Shown: positions 23,661 through 36,420 of the stretch, piece after piece
Position numbering within the stretch: position 1 is the first letter of the stretch
How the letters are laid out: each line of letters begins with the position of its first letter
Source of the DNA: Takakia lepidozioides
Lineage: Eukaryota; Plantae; Bryophyta
NCBI GenBank assembly: GCA_030704615.1
Contig: CM060731.1
Location: forward strand, 73,160,001 to 73,224,000
Length of the DNA stretch: 64,000 nt
Direction of reading: 5' to 3'
The notes under the pieces: model-generated
Databases searched by the model: none
Seen by the model: the letters and a program-made list of their open reading frames with translations, nothing else
What the model was told of the DNA's origin: nothing
Position numbers and translations under genes: made by a program

Positions 23661-26600
23661 TCAAACACTGGCAACTGACTTGGCGGAAAGGAGGTCCGAG
23701 AGCTGGTTGGCATAAAAGTCAGGTTGGATGGTGTTGTCAGGGCTTTGAAGTTTCTCCAAAGATGTCACTCCTGCATACGGAAATTGCTTATCAGCACTTC
23801 ATAAACACTTGAGATGTAAAGATCCACTTGTTGGTGACCACAGTACACAGTAAAACAGCATTCTGTAGGACCAGGTTGTCTCTGATTTTATAACTTCCGT
23901 TTTTCAGATATGTTTTCCAAATTATGGTGATCTCCAAGGTGTCTCTTTTATGGTTCTGGACTTCCTCTTCAATCCAATTGGACCCACCAATGAAATAGTG
24001 AAGTTTGACCTTATGCTAGGGGGCAGGGGAGGGGTTACGAGAGTGATGTGCACCAGAGAGAACAAGGAGTGTTTTGCAGCCTCCATTCTGGCCAAAGAGA
24101 ATGTCGGTATCCAACCTGTCACCCACCATACAGATCTGGGACTTGCTTATCTTGAACCTGTCACACCCATATCCCACAGTGTGCACAGTGTTGATCTTAA
24201 GGAGATAGAGGGATCTTTAACTCTTACAACAACTTCACAGAACTTTGTTTTTGACCATTGGTGGAGAAAGGCTGATACCAACTGGCAAAACAGCAGACCA
24301 AGACAATCTTACTGTTCATCAGTTCATCTGTTTTTCTGCTTCCTAGCTGTGCCCTTTCAGTGGCCAATACCATGCTGGGCAAGGAACCTATGGTCGCAAT
24401 GGTTCGGTCATAAAGAAAACTCGAAACAAACAGGTGGCCAATACCGAAGATAGGAGGACCTTACTCTGAGGCAAGATAGTCCATCATGAACGTGGAGGGC
24501 TTGCCCACCACCAGTGGCTCCTTATTTGTGGAACCCTTTATGGCCCCAACCATTGAACCTCCTCCTGTTCCCCAAAGCACCCTGCCTCTCAGCTCCTCGG
24601 TGCCACAAAACAGTATCCACTGCAACAAATCATATCTAGAAAAACATGAGGTGTAAAGGAACCTATGTTTGCCTCTCTGTTTGTTTGATATCGACAGATC
24701 TGTGTGTGTTTTCAAGGATAGAACTGGGCCAAAAGAATGCATAATGCAACTTTGCTCGACAGTCTTACAAAAATGTACAGAGATGTAGATGGCCTATGGC
24801 ATGCCTTACAGCATAGTCCTTCCAGGATACTAATGCTCCCAGAGCTGGTTGTGTGGCTTCAACCCACAAGGTCATCCAACTTGAGATGAAGTATCAAGAC
24901 CTCATTCACAGCCATTGTATTGAGTGTTCATCTATGTCCTGTCATTGACAGCATACTAGGGAATATATGGTTGATTTCACTACAGCTCTAGCCTTCTTAT
25001 GTACGAGAGGGGGAAAGAGAGTTGCCTGCCCACTCTTGAGCATCAGTAAGATGAGTGACAGCATCACAGTTGGTGGCAATGAACATACACCCTGGATTTT
25101 CCCGCACACACAATGTCGCATACCTGGTCCCAATTCCAGTTATCATATGAGACTTTGAAACACTACACAGTTTTGAAGGCAGATGCCATCTCCCACCCTT
25201 CAGACAGCCTATTGACCAAAGCTTACAAGTGATTAGCAGCAGCACACACAGCGTGGACAGAAAATTCAATACTAGCAAAACACTTTCCCACATCATGCAG
25301 TGTAATGCAGAGTATTCTCTAAACGAAGTCGCTTCTTCTCAATGGATGATAGTGACTGTGACCTCTTCTTTTCCCTCTATACGAGCGTCTTGAGGCCAAG
25401 TCAGTTGTAAAACTAAATTGAGCTGATTACAGGCCCAAGATGACTCTATCTACAGCTACACTACTGGAGTGAACCATCAGCAGTAGGCCCTCTTCATGTG
25501 CCCCCTGATCCCCATTTTTGCTCCATCAAACACACCAACATTAATTCATGGAGGATGTGGCTTGGACCCATCTACAAACTTCCCATACCAGAAAAGCCGA
25601 CGCAAAGCAAGGTGACTTACTGAAGTTTGTAGTAGTTGATGTATCTATCAAACCCAACCACCACGGCCCCGACCTGCACACATGACATACCTCCAGCTTA
25701 GCTCAACAGAGAGATATCATGCTGTTGCCCTGCATATATGGGTTTGTCCTAACAAACAATAGCACGACCCCACAAAAATGTCTAGTCTTAACTAAAAACA
25801 ATTAAGGCCACTAGGGAACTTGAGGTCAATGTAGCTTCATTAAATCCCAATCAGTTGTCAAACAGCAATGGACTAGGAGCTACATTGGAGGGGAAGTCAG
25901 GAAATTCACAAACATGTTAGAACGATATTCACTGAGATTCAATCATTTATATTCAAAGCCAGGGCAGGGGGACCGTAGATCATGGACAAGAAGGGACAGA
26001 ACCTACATTGTGGTCATGCTCCATGAGCTGACCTGGAGCCAGGACTATTTTCTTCTCACCGTCTTCCTGGCATCCCACTATTCAATATTAGTAGGTAGCA
26101 TCTCACCTGTCAGACAACTTCTAAAATGTTGCCATCCAAAAGACAGATAGAGATGGAAAATCCCAGCCAGACACAACAGTTAGAAACCAACCAGAGGCAC
26201 ATAATGACAGGGACATCATAACATTCCAATACCAGGTAAACAGTGAACTGGTAGGCCTGCAATATCAAATCTTGAAGTAAAATCATTATGCTAAAATTGG
26301 TCTAAAGGGGGAAGTGGAGTACAGGGCCTCCAATGAACTGGATGCCAGCTTGTGCAAGCTCCAACTGAATACCAACTTCACCAATTATATACACCTGTCG
26401 TGCATATCCCCATACCCATAAATTCAGCCAAGAGCTGCACTAGAGGTTATGGGAGAAATGGAGTGTATAAAACAAAAACAACAAGAACAAGATTCAGAGA
26501 AGAAACTGTCCCATCAATCCCTATTTACACTCACTAGGTGTTCAGTGATCCACCTCAGCGGAATACACTTCAATCCAAAGATGGGGGGCTCAGGAGAATA

Positions 26601-28593
26601 TCAAACTAGTGCTGAGTATGTTTACAAGCTGGTCAAAAGCCAAAGCTAAGCAGCTGCAGAAGCGAAATTTTAATCACCACTGATAAACGTTTGAGGGAGC
26701 ATGCACTCTACCGATGTAGCACTAGACTTTCATGACCCTCACAAGCATTTTTTGCACTGAACAACTGTATATGCAAAACAACTGATGCAAGGTGCTCCGT
26801 GGATCACATCCCAAGAGGCATTAGAACTAACCTTCTTTTCTGAAGGAAAGTTTATGGATTTCAGGTAGGCAGCTGCCGCAAATGAGGAAGCAAATATCTC
26901 CTCCTGCGGCACAGCAAAAACCTGGTCATCACCCCACTGGACAGCTCCAGATGGACACGGAAAATCATACACCAACACTATCATCAAGTACACATGGATT
27001 TTCAAGGAATCAAAATAAACCAAGAAACATTACCTCGGTCACATTTAATCCAAGTGACTCAAATTTCTTGCCGTATTGCTTCCTTGACTTGGTCGAGTTG
27101 TTTGTCACAAACACTAGTCTCTTGCCCTGCCGGCCCCCCAGACTTTATCCCAAAGCTTTAACAAACCACACCTCATGGGCAACATTCTGGCTGCTGAGAT
27201 CCACTGTCTACTTGCATGGCAATCTAGCATCCCTTCCTCTCCCTCTGCATCTCTCCTATTTCGTACCTCAACCATTCCCCCCTCCCTCCCTACATACCTG
27301 CTGCTAATCAATCCCTCCGTGTATCTGTCGCTCTAAATGATTTAAAGGCCAAATGTCAAGAACTAGCAGCATAATGGTCACCGACATCTGATGTACACAT
27401 TTGTAGCACATGCAAGTCCACTCAGCATAGTGAGATTGAGCGGCAGTGAAGAACACAAACCAATCCACGAAGCAGGTCTAGGGTCTCCGGAACACCCTCA
27501 ATCAAAACATCACCTTTCCAGATTACTCCTGCAAGAAAAGCCCACAAGAAGATTTAGGGGGTCTGGCAATTGTCAGTCAGAGCTTAACCAATTCAGAGCC
27601 ACAACATTGATCTGTATTGGTCCAAGTAGATTTGGCATTTGGTAAAACGAAAGCAGGAGCATTTGCTGCGACGCGTGACACGTTGGCAGAGCCAATGTTG
27701 AAGGTTTGAGGAGGAGGTAATGCTTGTGAGGGATCCTTTCAAGGGCGGGTCCATGCATGCATGAAACTTGGAGGCATAGCTTTGTGAGAGAAGAGACCAC
27801 ACTCAGAGCAGAAAAGGGTAAGAGACGTTTATGGTATTTTTTTCCCCAGGCACAGCCTCAGTGGTAGCCAATTCAGTGCAAAATGAAATAGAGTGATAAG
27901 CTTCACAACTCTGAAATACTCCCTTCTAATGGATGGCATGGCCAGATGCTAAGAATGAATCCAATTTGGCATCACAGAGAAGGGGACGACCAAGAGAGGG
28001 AGAACTAACCGTCACAATCAAAGATGAATGTCTCAACACTGTCAATCAGCTTTGCAGCATCGGTCAGGAAGGGCGCTCCAGACTTTCCTGTACACAATGC
28101 GAGCCACGCCAACTCCCTTATCAAATTTCAATCCTTGGTCTCCAAAGCTACAGGCTTTTCGAGCACGTCCAACGTGGTGCAGCAAACCGCTTGAGTGTCA
28201 GCCAAAATTTCAAGATGTGGTATCTTGACTCTATCCTGCCCCTCCGCCCTCAGTCTTTAGGAAACAATACTGGTGAATCGGTGACTGAAACTTCCAACAC
28301 CTTCTCTTGATCAGTGAGATGGTGCTATTCAAGCATAACGCGAACATACCAGTATTGCTTCCATTTTCTGTCGTGCTTGCCCGCACAAAGGTCATTGACG
28401 TGTGCTTCACAGAAACAGTTTTCGGCGTTGAAACGAATGGACTTCTTCGAAATGCCACACCAGGGCCAGCAAATGGACGCACGCTCCCGACAGTGTCAAC
28501 TTGCCGTGAAGAAATGGATTTTCCCAAAGAGACGAAGGGCTTGAGTTGTACTCTTGCTCGCAATGAGTTCATACACAACCCCCCTGTCTGCAT
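23661..28593 (-). CDS. PGLP1: Chloroplast phosphoglycolate phosphatase (HAD IIA), about 11 exons
   Basis: Transit-peptide-like exon 1, then [123 protein letters not shown]; stop at 23661-23663. Confidence 0.95.
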
Positions 28594-28999
28594 TTTATGG
28601 TGACTATCAAGCTAGCGAGGAATGCCTTCTGCTTACGAGTTTTGCATACCTACAATTTTGTGCTTCAGATCGTAAATAAATCAATGTGACATCACTGAGC
28701 TCCTAACTTCCAGTTCTCCTCAAGCACACGGAGATGGACTGACCTAACTTGATCATGGGGACAACAAAGTGAAGGTTAGATTGAAATAACGCCAATAAGC
28801 TTCCAATATCAGGAAGAAAGACTCAAATAGCTTCAGTTAGCTACTGATTACCCGTCCCTTGAAGGAACAATCACTCTGAAGATTGGGCCGAGGAGCTAGG
28901 CAGAAAGGGAGGAGCGGCTGGCCCGACCCAAGCTATGCAGACCGCCCACCACGAAAAACAAGATAGAAGGGAAATGGTGTGAACCCAGTTCGGCGGGGT

Positions 29000-29190
29000 T
29001 CCGACCAATGGAAACGCCGGGAAATGGCTTGCGGACAATCCGATATCCACGTAGGAATTTAGTTAACTTTATAACACGTGGAAGTCCTCCTTTTCATCCG
29101 TAATAATTATTTTTCATCCATGACGTTTACATCCCACAGAATATCTGACGGCTGAGATTGTCCTCTGGTAAGTTAGATAAATCGCCACGC
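29000..29190. promoter_or_regulatory. Putative PGLP1 promoter elements (G-box CACGTG 29075-29080, other ACGT cores, CCAAT near 29005)
   Basis: Motif cluster 400-600 bp upstream of the ATG of a photorespiratory gene; function not shown. Confidence 0.35.
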
Positions 29191-29206
29191 GCTTCCAAAT
29201 TACTGC

Positions 29207-29370
29207 ATATAGTGGTAATTTGGCTCTCCCGTACCTACTATGTCATTGTTAACCCCTACTAAAATATATAGTGGTAATAATTTGGCTCTCCGGTACCTAC
29301 TATGTAATTGTTAATTCCTACTAAAATATATAGTGGTAATTTGGCTCTCCCGTACCTACTATGTAATTGT
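29207..29370. repeat. Tandem repeat, about 60 bp x 3
   Basis: ATATAGTGGTAATTTGGCTCTCCCGTACCTACTATGT repeated three times. Confidence 0.9.
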
Positions 29371-29424
29371 TTTTTTTTTTAAATGTTAACCGCCACAATA
29401 ATTTATAATAAAGTTTTCCAAGGC

Positions 29425-29900
29425 TACAATCATGTAGTCATTCCACTTCGCCGGTGACCATGATGAATTACAACATCCCTCCGTATATCTTTCAATAAAA
29501 AAGCCATATCATGTTGGCTGCCATTGTACTAGGTGAGTGTTCCCATTTCATTCTTATTATTCCCTTGGACTTTACATTAATCTTCTGATCTCTGGCGCAA
29601 TTCGGATGCAGGATTGATGAGTGATATAATCATGGTGTAAGACGTGTAATTCATTATGTAGTATAATTTGCATATTGGTAGAGCATTGAAACAATGATGT
29701 GAATGTCTCACAGGGAAAAAACAAGTGGCAAACATGGACACGTACTGGCAAACATGGACACGTACTTGCGACCTCTAGTTGACGAACTTAAGGAGCTATG
29801 GAGGGGGGTCCCGGCATGGATGCTTCACTTAACCCTATGGCCGGACAATCTTTTCATATGAGAGGCATCTTGTTTTGGACAATGCATGATTATCCAGAAA
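29425..29900 (+). mobile_element. CACTA/EnSpm transposase (Transposase_21/Tnp2) remnant with a retained intron
   Basis: HSTSPVTMMNYNIPPY...HIMLAAIVLG, then GTGAGT...CAG, then ANMDTYLRPLVDELKELWRGV...FHMRGILFWTMHDYP, matching Tnp2 D.YL.PL.DEL..LW and W...D.P motifs. Confidence 0.8.
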
Positions 29901-29929
29901 TATTATGTTCCCCATGAAGAACCCGCGTA

Positions 29930-31560
29930 CATTCACTTGTCAAGGCCAAATAATATTGATGAGGATTGGGATTGATTGTAGTAGCGGCGACAGTCTTGTG
30001 CACCGTAGCCAAAAACCGTAGTGGTTATGGCAGTATGTGAACTCAATGAAGTGGATGGTGAGAAATGGGGTGGGCGTGTTAGGCGGTGAGGCTGTCGTGG
30101 GTAAGCCCTGTACCAATAAGATATTCGGGCAGAGCCTAGCGGGGCAGGCACAAGTTGGGGATGTGCATGTGCATAGAATTAGTCATGGTGGGACAATGTG
30201 ATCGGGTGGGCGGCCTTGGTATGTGCCTGCATTTAGGAGTGTGTACCATCTTGTTTCGGTGCGGTTGAGAAGCAGTTTGTAGATATGTCAGATTGCTTGG
30301 TTGTGACGTCGGGTAATGCGGAGGCCGTGTATGATATGGTGTGTGCATTGGCAAAATAAATGTGGCCATGTATCCCGTTCTTGGTGGGTGTTTGAACAGA
30401 GTGGGCAGTACAGAGATGGATAAAGTCGTGGCCAGAAAATGTGATTGCGTTGATGTCCCATGTACTGGGCGTATCTGAATTTGAGGGTTTGTCGTATTTG
30501 TGCGGTTGTGGTGATTTTGGTATTCCAGAAGTGGTTTGATAGTTTATAGTGAAGCACATTGAATTGTGTCCATTTTTGGATATGAACTAAATTAGTGTGG
30601 CTTATTGATGCAGTAGCTTGTTTGTTGGCTTCCCTGGTGAAAGTGGCGAGTAGGTTGCGAACCGGTCTAGGTGTAGGTGGGTCTGGGACAGGATGTATGA
30701 ACCAAAATGGGTGGGTGTGAGCAATATGAATAGGGTCTTCCGATGGGTCCATAGGGGGTTTGGCAGCTCCAGCTTGAGCAAATAGATCAGCAGCATCACT
30801 TTATGGAGGTGGATGGGATGGGAATTGGAAAGGACTAGTTGGACTATGGCAGTGATGAGATTGCGGTCTGGATGGTGGTGGTGGGAGGATGGGCGGTTTA
30901 TGTGGTTTCTAATAAGGAAGAGGGAGGTAAGGCTGTCAATAAAGATATAGTAAGGTGGGGGGAAGTTAGCGAGACTAGATAGGGCGTCATGTATGGCCAT
31001 AAGTTCTGCACGTAAAATTGTGGCGGGACCAAGGAGCCGGAGGGCGGTCCCCTGCTGGGTGGCCGCGTGGTATATACCATACCCGGCATCGGCGTTTATG
31101 AAAGATCCATCTGTGTAGTGGGAGTGGGAGGGGGGAAATTTGAGGGGTATGATTTGTCGGTAGATCTGGGGAATGGTAGGTATGGCATGAGTAGGGGCAG
31201 CATATGGTGGGCGTGGCAGTGCTTTTAGCCATGTCTTGTTAGGTTTGATATTGCGGAGGAGACGATAGAGATGTTCGTGTTCAGTAGTGTAGGGGGCTGC
31301 GATGTTGGCTTTCAGTTTATGAGTTTGTGTGAGTAAATTCTGTAGGCAGTGGAGGAAGTTAGGGGGGTGCTCTGCACTAGAAGGACAAAGGTGAGGGATG
31401 GTTCCTTTTGTTGGAGATATTTGGGGAGAGGGGGGGTGTGTGTATATTTGAGTTGGTTTGGTTATATGCTAGCTAGTAGATGCGCTCATGTGGGTAGGCG
31501 GAGGAGGGAATGGGAGTTGTTAGGCAGTTTTTGTTGGGTGAGGATAAGTATTGTGAGGGC
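29930..31560 (-). mobile_element. Dualen/RandI-like LINE 3' portion: RNase H, CCHC finger and restriction-like endonuclease, degenerate
   Basis: YTDGSF...LRAELMAIHDAL...IFIDSL...HKV (RNase H); CPLC...DTWPHLFCQC...RHNQAI; ARLCPNILLVQG...IHFIEFTYC (PD..E endonuclease, here PN). Confidence 0.8.
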
Positions 31561-32397
31561 AGATGGAGACGCGTGGGCGGCGAGACGCGCCCATTAGAGG
31601 ACACCATGTGTCGGGGGGCCTGCAGAGGGGTGAGTCAGGCCTCTACCGGCCCAACTCTCCCCCACCACGAGTTCCACGGACTGCGGGAGATGTGCAGGTC
31701 AAATCGTCGGATGATGACAACCGGCCGTTGTCATTCCTTCACCGACATCGTGCCCATGTGAACCGTGCTTCATCTCACCGCTCCATCTCATGTTACTCTT
31801 TCTCAAGCCGGTCCATCTCATGCTGGTCCATCTAGTCTTTCTTCCGCTCATGTAATTCCTTCCATCACTACTCCGATCCTGGGAGATGGTTCTTCTGCTG
31901 CGGGACTTCTGCAAGTCGAACCATCGGATGACGACAACCGGCCATTGTCGTTTCATCTGGCCCGACGACGTCCGCATGTGAACCGTGCTCCCTCGACCCT
32001 CGCTGGTCCATCTCATGCCCATTCCTCTCATGTCGGCCCCTCTGAAGTATGTGCGAGTAGCCTTCCTCATACGAGACCTGCTCCAAGGCCACCACGAAAT
32101 CCGGGACAAGCCCAGAAACGGCAGAGAATTGTGCAACCTTTTGTTGGTGACCGACCTATGAACAGGTCTGATACCCTAGATGGTATTCATGATAGGAGTG
32201 GAAATCGATCAGAGAGACAACTGAATGTACTCCGAGGACGACTACAGGTCCAACGGCCAGTTGCCTCTGGAAACGAAAGAACAGATGGAGATCATGATTC
32301 TAGCACTAATCATGGGAATGGGGGTGAAGTGAGTAGGGACGAAGATTTTGTACTAGACGAGAGATCATATCATCGTCGTTGTGCCAGACGGAATTAG
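31560..32397 (+). other. Low-complexity S/P/H/R-rich ORF with internal duplication, probably transposon-derived
   Basis: QV..SDDDNRPLSF...HVNRA occurs twice (near 31695 and 31910) and (A/V)GPS motifs repeat; no domain recognised. Confidence 0.4.
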
Positions 32398-32711
32398 GTA
32401 CAGCTATAACTTCTGTGACCTGTCATATGATGTGTAGTATGTTTCCATGGATATCCATGTTTCAGTTTGGGTACATGCATACGTGTACGGAAATAAAAAT
32501 GGTGGAATATGTGTATCCAAGAAAGGGTTTGGTGGTTGTGCGTGTGTTTGTGTTTCGTCATTACCTTTACATTGTTGATTTCCTATTATGGTTTCGAAAG
32601 CCACAAAGGTCAGGTGCAGTTCCCAACATTCATCTTCCCCTTCACAAATCCATGGGGAGTTGATACATGTGCTTTTCATCTGCCTCTCCAAACATGCATA
32701 CAGGTGCAAGG

Positions 32712-33570
32712 GGACCAACCTCCTGGTGGTCGCACCTATTTTTAAAAAAACAATTGTGTGACCACCAGTAGCGGTCGTCGCAACTGTTAAAATAAAATAA
32801 AAATGTTGCAACCACCCCCCTATTGGTAGTTGCACCTATTTACTCATTTACTGATTACCCCTGTTGGTGGTCGCAAATTTTATTTATTTATTTATTTATT
32901 TTGGGAAACACCTGGGAGTGACAGCTCACAGATCAGGCCCCTTAGTAGTGAGAGGAGAAAATAACCTCTTTCATTTATGCGCGAAGAGGCGTGGAATGGG
33001 GCACCACACACGAACCATACCACATCCATCAAGTAGCAAGATTTGACCCTAGAATCGTCCGGGTCGCACTCAGTGCACTTAACCAACTGAGCTACTGACT
33101 GTTGGTAGATATTAAAAAATCGGAAAATTATGCGACCACCCCCCTACGACCACCCCCCTGCTGGTGGTCGCATTTATTAAGGAAAGGAAAATAGTGCGAC
33201 CACCAGCAAGTGGTGGTCGCACCTATTTGTTTTAAACAAAATTTCTGCGACCCGCGCCTATTAAAAATAAATAAAATTATGCGACCACCTCCCTGCTGGT
33301 GGTCGAACCTATAAAAAAAAAAAAATCTGCGACCACCCCCCTGCTGGTGGTCGCACCCATTAAAAAAAATTAAAAAAAATCTGCGACCACCCCCATGCTG
33401 GTGGTCGCACCTATTAAAAAAATAAAAATTATGCGACCACCCCCCTGCTGGTGGTCGCACCTATTAAAAAAAATAAAAATTCTGCGACCACCCCCCTGCT
33501 GGTGGTCGCACATAATAAAGAAAAGAAAAAAAGATGCAACCACCCCTGCTGGCGGTCGCAGCTATTATTA
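32712..33570. repeat. Array of about 12 palindromic units TGCGACCACC-N7-9-GGTGGTCGCA separated by A/T-rich linkers (period about 50 bp)
   Basis: Units visible near 33130, 33195, 33280, 33328, 33382, 33432, 33483, 33535, with degenerate ones at 32712-32876; interrupted by a SINE. Confidence 0.9.
32878..33098 (-). mobile_element. tRNA-derived SINE
   Basis: Minus strand reads GTAGCTCAGTTGGTTAAG (A box)...GGGTCAAATC (B box), an unrelated body and an (AAAT)n tail at 32878-32902. Confidence 0.75.
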
Positions 33571-33989
33571 GCGTCCGCAGTCATGATGACAGCGCGCGCC
33601 CCGAGTGTGGAAGGGGGGCTTATAAGGCCTTGGAGGCCATTCTCTCCCTCACTTTTCTCCACACCAGGACTTGGTGGGTGATGGGATGTTGCATTCCTTG
33701 TCATTGAGTCTAAGTGGAGAGGGGTGTTATTGGTTGGGTGGGGGGTATTTTGGGCCGTTGGATTCTACGAGTTCGATGCTGAGTATCTCCCGGGAAGCCC
33801 TCCTTTGGCACCCACATTTTTTTCATTGCACATTGCGTCATTTCTCTTAAAACTGCCGAGGGAGTGACACGTGCCTCTAGTACTTGGGGAGGATTCATTA
33901 GGGAGTAGGATTAGGTACGATTTAGGAGGGTTGGGAGAGCATTTTTCTTAGCAAACACCTGTCGAGTAGATGACAACTAAACGCCTCAT

Positions 33990-34230
33990 TGGCCCATTGA
34001 ACGAATTTCGATTGATCTCATATTACACTACGACCTATCAAAGGGTACATTGAACACACTGGCCAAGTCTCAAAGCGAACGAAAATCATTTGGATGGGCA
34101 ACATCCGTCGGCCCATTGAACGAATTTCGGTTGATCTCATATTACTATGGGGCCTCTTCCATGGCACATTGAAACATACTGGCCAAGTCTCAAAGCGAAC
34201 CAAAATCATCTCGATGGCCAACCATCCGTG
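33990..34230. repeat. Tandem repeat, about 119 bp x 2
   Basis: GGCCCATTGAACGAATTTCG...GGCCAAGTCTCAAAGCGAAC at 33991 and 34110. Confidence 0.85.
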
Positions 34231-34510
34231 CATGCCCTCTTAAAGGTACTGGACAAGTATGAGTTCGATTTAAAATATTGCAATGGGTGAACCAATGGTA
34301 TCTTCATTCAACAATTTTTGATTGTTTTGAAACTTTGCCAGTATATTGTACATGTCGTCAAACAGGTACCGAACAAGTATGAGGTCATTCAAAAATGGTT
34401 CAAAGGATGAACCTCGTATTTCCAAAAATTACATAGACTATACAATGGGTTGCACATTTAAGTTTTCGCAACCTGAGACCTTTGACCTACTCCCTACGTT
34501 TCTAGCCTTT

Positions 34511-35921
34511 CTAGTCATCTTCATCTAGATTGATTACTTCGTTGTCGTTATCTCCAGATGTTGATGAAGATGTTGCGGGTGTAGAGGACATGCCTCCACC
34601 AGTACGGAGATCTCGAGTGGTCAAAGAGGGATCCAGTGTTGTGTGGTCCACCCTTGCCATCATGCGTAGCATTCTAGACGAGTGCTGACTCTCTTCCACA
34701 TTTGCCAGAGCCGGGTGTGTCGCTCTTGCTATGGCTTCATGCAATTTTTCAATTAAATCCGATATGTTTGGAAGTGGCAAGAACACCCCTGGAATAGGGG
34801 CAACTTGGTCACGCCATGTGTTCTGCCAATACTTTACAACACTCGTGATGACAGCCTTGAAATTGTCCAACACCTCCTCCTGCTGGGGGTCTCTGCACAA
34901 CTCTGGAAGAAATGGCTTTTCATCCCGACGAGGCACCCAGTACATCTCATTCATATCCTCCCAACGGATACTAGCGGCCTCCAACTCCTTCAGAAATAGG
35001 TCTCTCCCAATCGGTTCGCGATTGTATGGGTCGTTTTCCACTGGCACCCACGGATCCTCAGGCAGTCGGAAGAATCTTTGTCTGTTACAGCTGTAATGCC
35101 CTCCCAAGTTCCGGTAAAAAAGCTCCATTTGGACTGGGCCCCGTATGCCTCTAGCACGCACGGTTATTTCCCAGTTGGATGGCACCCAAAAGGTCACCGG
35201 ATCTTTAACCCTAGTTAACGTCTTCGCATCCTAGGCGTGCATCTCTCTTGGAGCATCCCATGTCATTGTCTCCCCCCAGTGCTGCCAATTTAAAAAATCG
35301 TAAGGCGATACATCTAATGGCATGTTGTATCGGTTGTACTCGTATCCCGTGGGCATATTGTCTTGCAACCCAAACAACTCGTTGAAACGTCGATGGATTG
35401 GTCCACGACAGTCAGGGCATTGGCTAGCTTGCATGGCTGTCAATATGAGACATACGGGATGGAACAAATGGCCACATGAACCAAGCATATAGCCTCCCTC
35501 AGGTCCATAAGGGTTTAGGCACATTGTGCACACCGTACCATCTGTTACCCATGATGCTGGATTGTTCTGTGGTATCCACGTCCGTTTATCCTCATGAATA
35601 TAGAATGACATCATCGGCCTGGTGTCCCACTCCTCCTCTACTTCCAAATCCCAGTTTATGTTGTTTATTGGTATCGGAAATTGTATGCACACAGTGCTCA
35701 AACATGGCATCCACATCAGCCCATGTGGTGAATCCAGTGTACTTCGATGTGAATACATCACGCACAATGTCGTGCCTTTGCAAATTAGCATAGATGCTAT
35801 CTACACTTTGATTCGACAAACGTGCTGCACGTTGGAGGGAGGACAACGCTTCTTCTATCCGTGTTTCCCGCGATGCTAGATGGCCCGCCCATGTCACCCA
35901 ATTCCGCCAATTCCCCTTCAA
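34511..35921 (-). pseudogene. Intronless RING-H2 protein ORF (about 470 codons) disrupted by a frameshift and an in-frame TAG at 35231-35233
   Basis: CTMC-x14-CGHLFHPVC-x10-CPDC is RING-H2; ORFs 35231-35791 and 34511-35197 share a frame; ends NEVINLDEDD. Confidence 0.75.
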
Positions 35922-36420
35922 TCATGGCCACGATCGGATTTGCATGGCATTTGAGTACCGATATGCAACAGCCCTAGCTTGCTCGCGTTCTCCCCACAAG
36001 CTACTCTAATGTTTGGAAAAAAACGTTTATCATTTGTTCTATGCTCACTATTGCAGAACTCTCTATGAAGAGTGCATGAAGTTGAAGATAACTTCACCTT
36101 GGAGTGCAAATGAGGGAATAAAATGTGTTTTGGATGCAGACGATGTCTGTTCATGGTGATATTTTGCATGCAACTCTTCATGTTGTTATCAAGCATATGA
36201 CTTCAGAATGGAATTAAAAACAATTCATGTGCAGGCGAAAGGTTGTTTTTCCTTATGAATTTGAATAACCGATTCAAACAACTTTGTTGAAGTTCAACTT
36301 TGGTCCATATGTGCTTAAGTAGGTACAAATCACGTAAACAAAGTTGCAAGCGAAGAAATAATCATTTGCCCCCTGAACGACTCGTTAAACCTTTCAACCA
36401 AATTTCAATCATGAATCATT

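Noticed and set aside
33030-33098. Functional tRNA gene (also considered at 17825-17900)
   Set aside because: A and B boxes are present but there is no paired acceptor or anticodon stem; unrelated body and simple-repeat tail point to SINEs
33130-33570. CRISPR array with palindromic repeats
   Set aside because: Linkers are near-identical A/T tracts, not unique spacers
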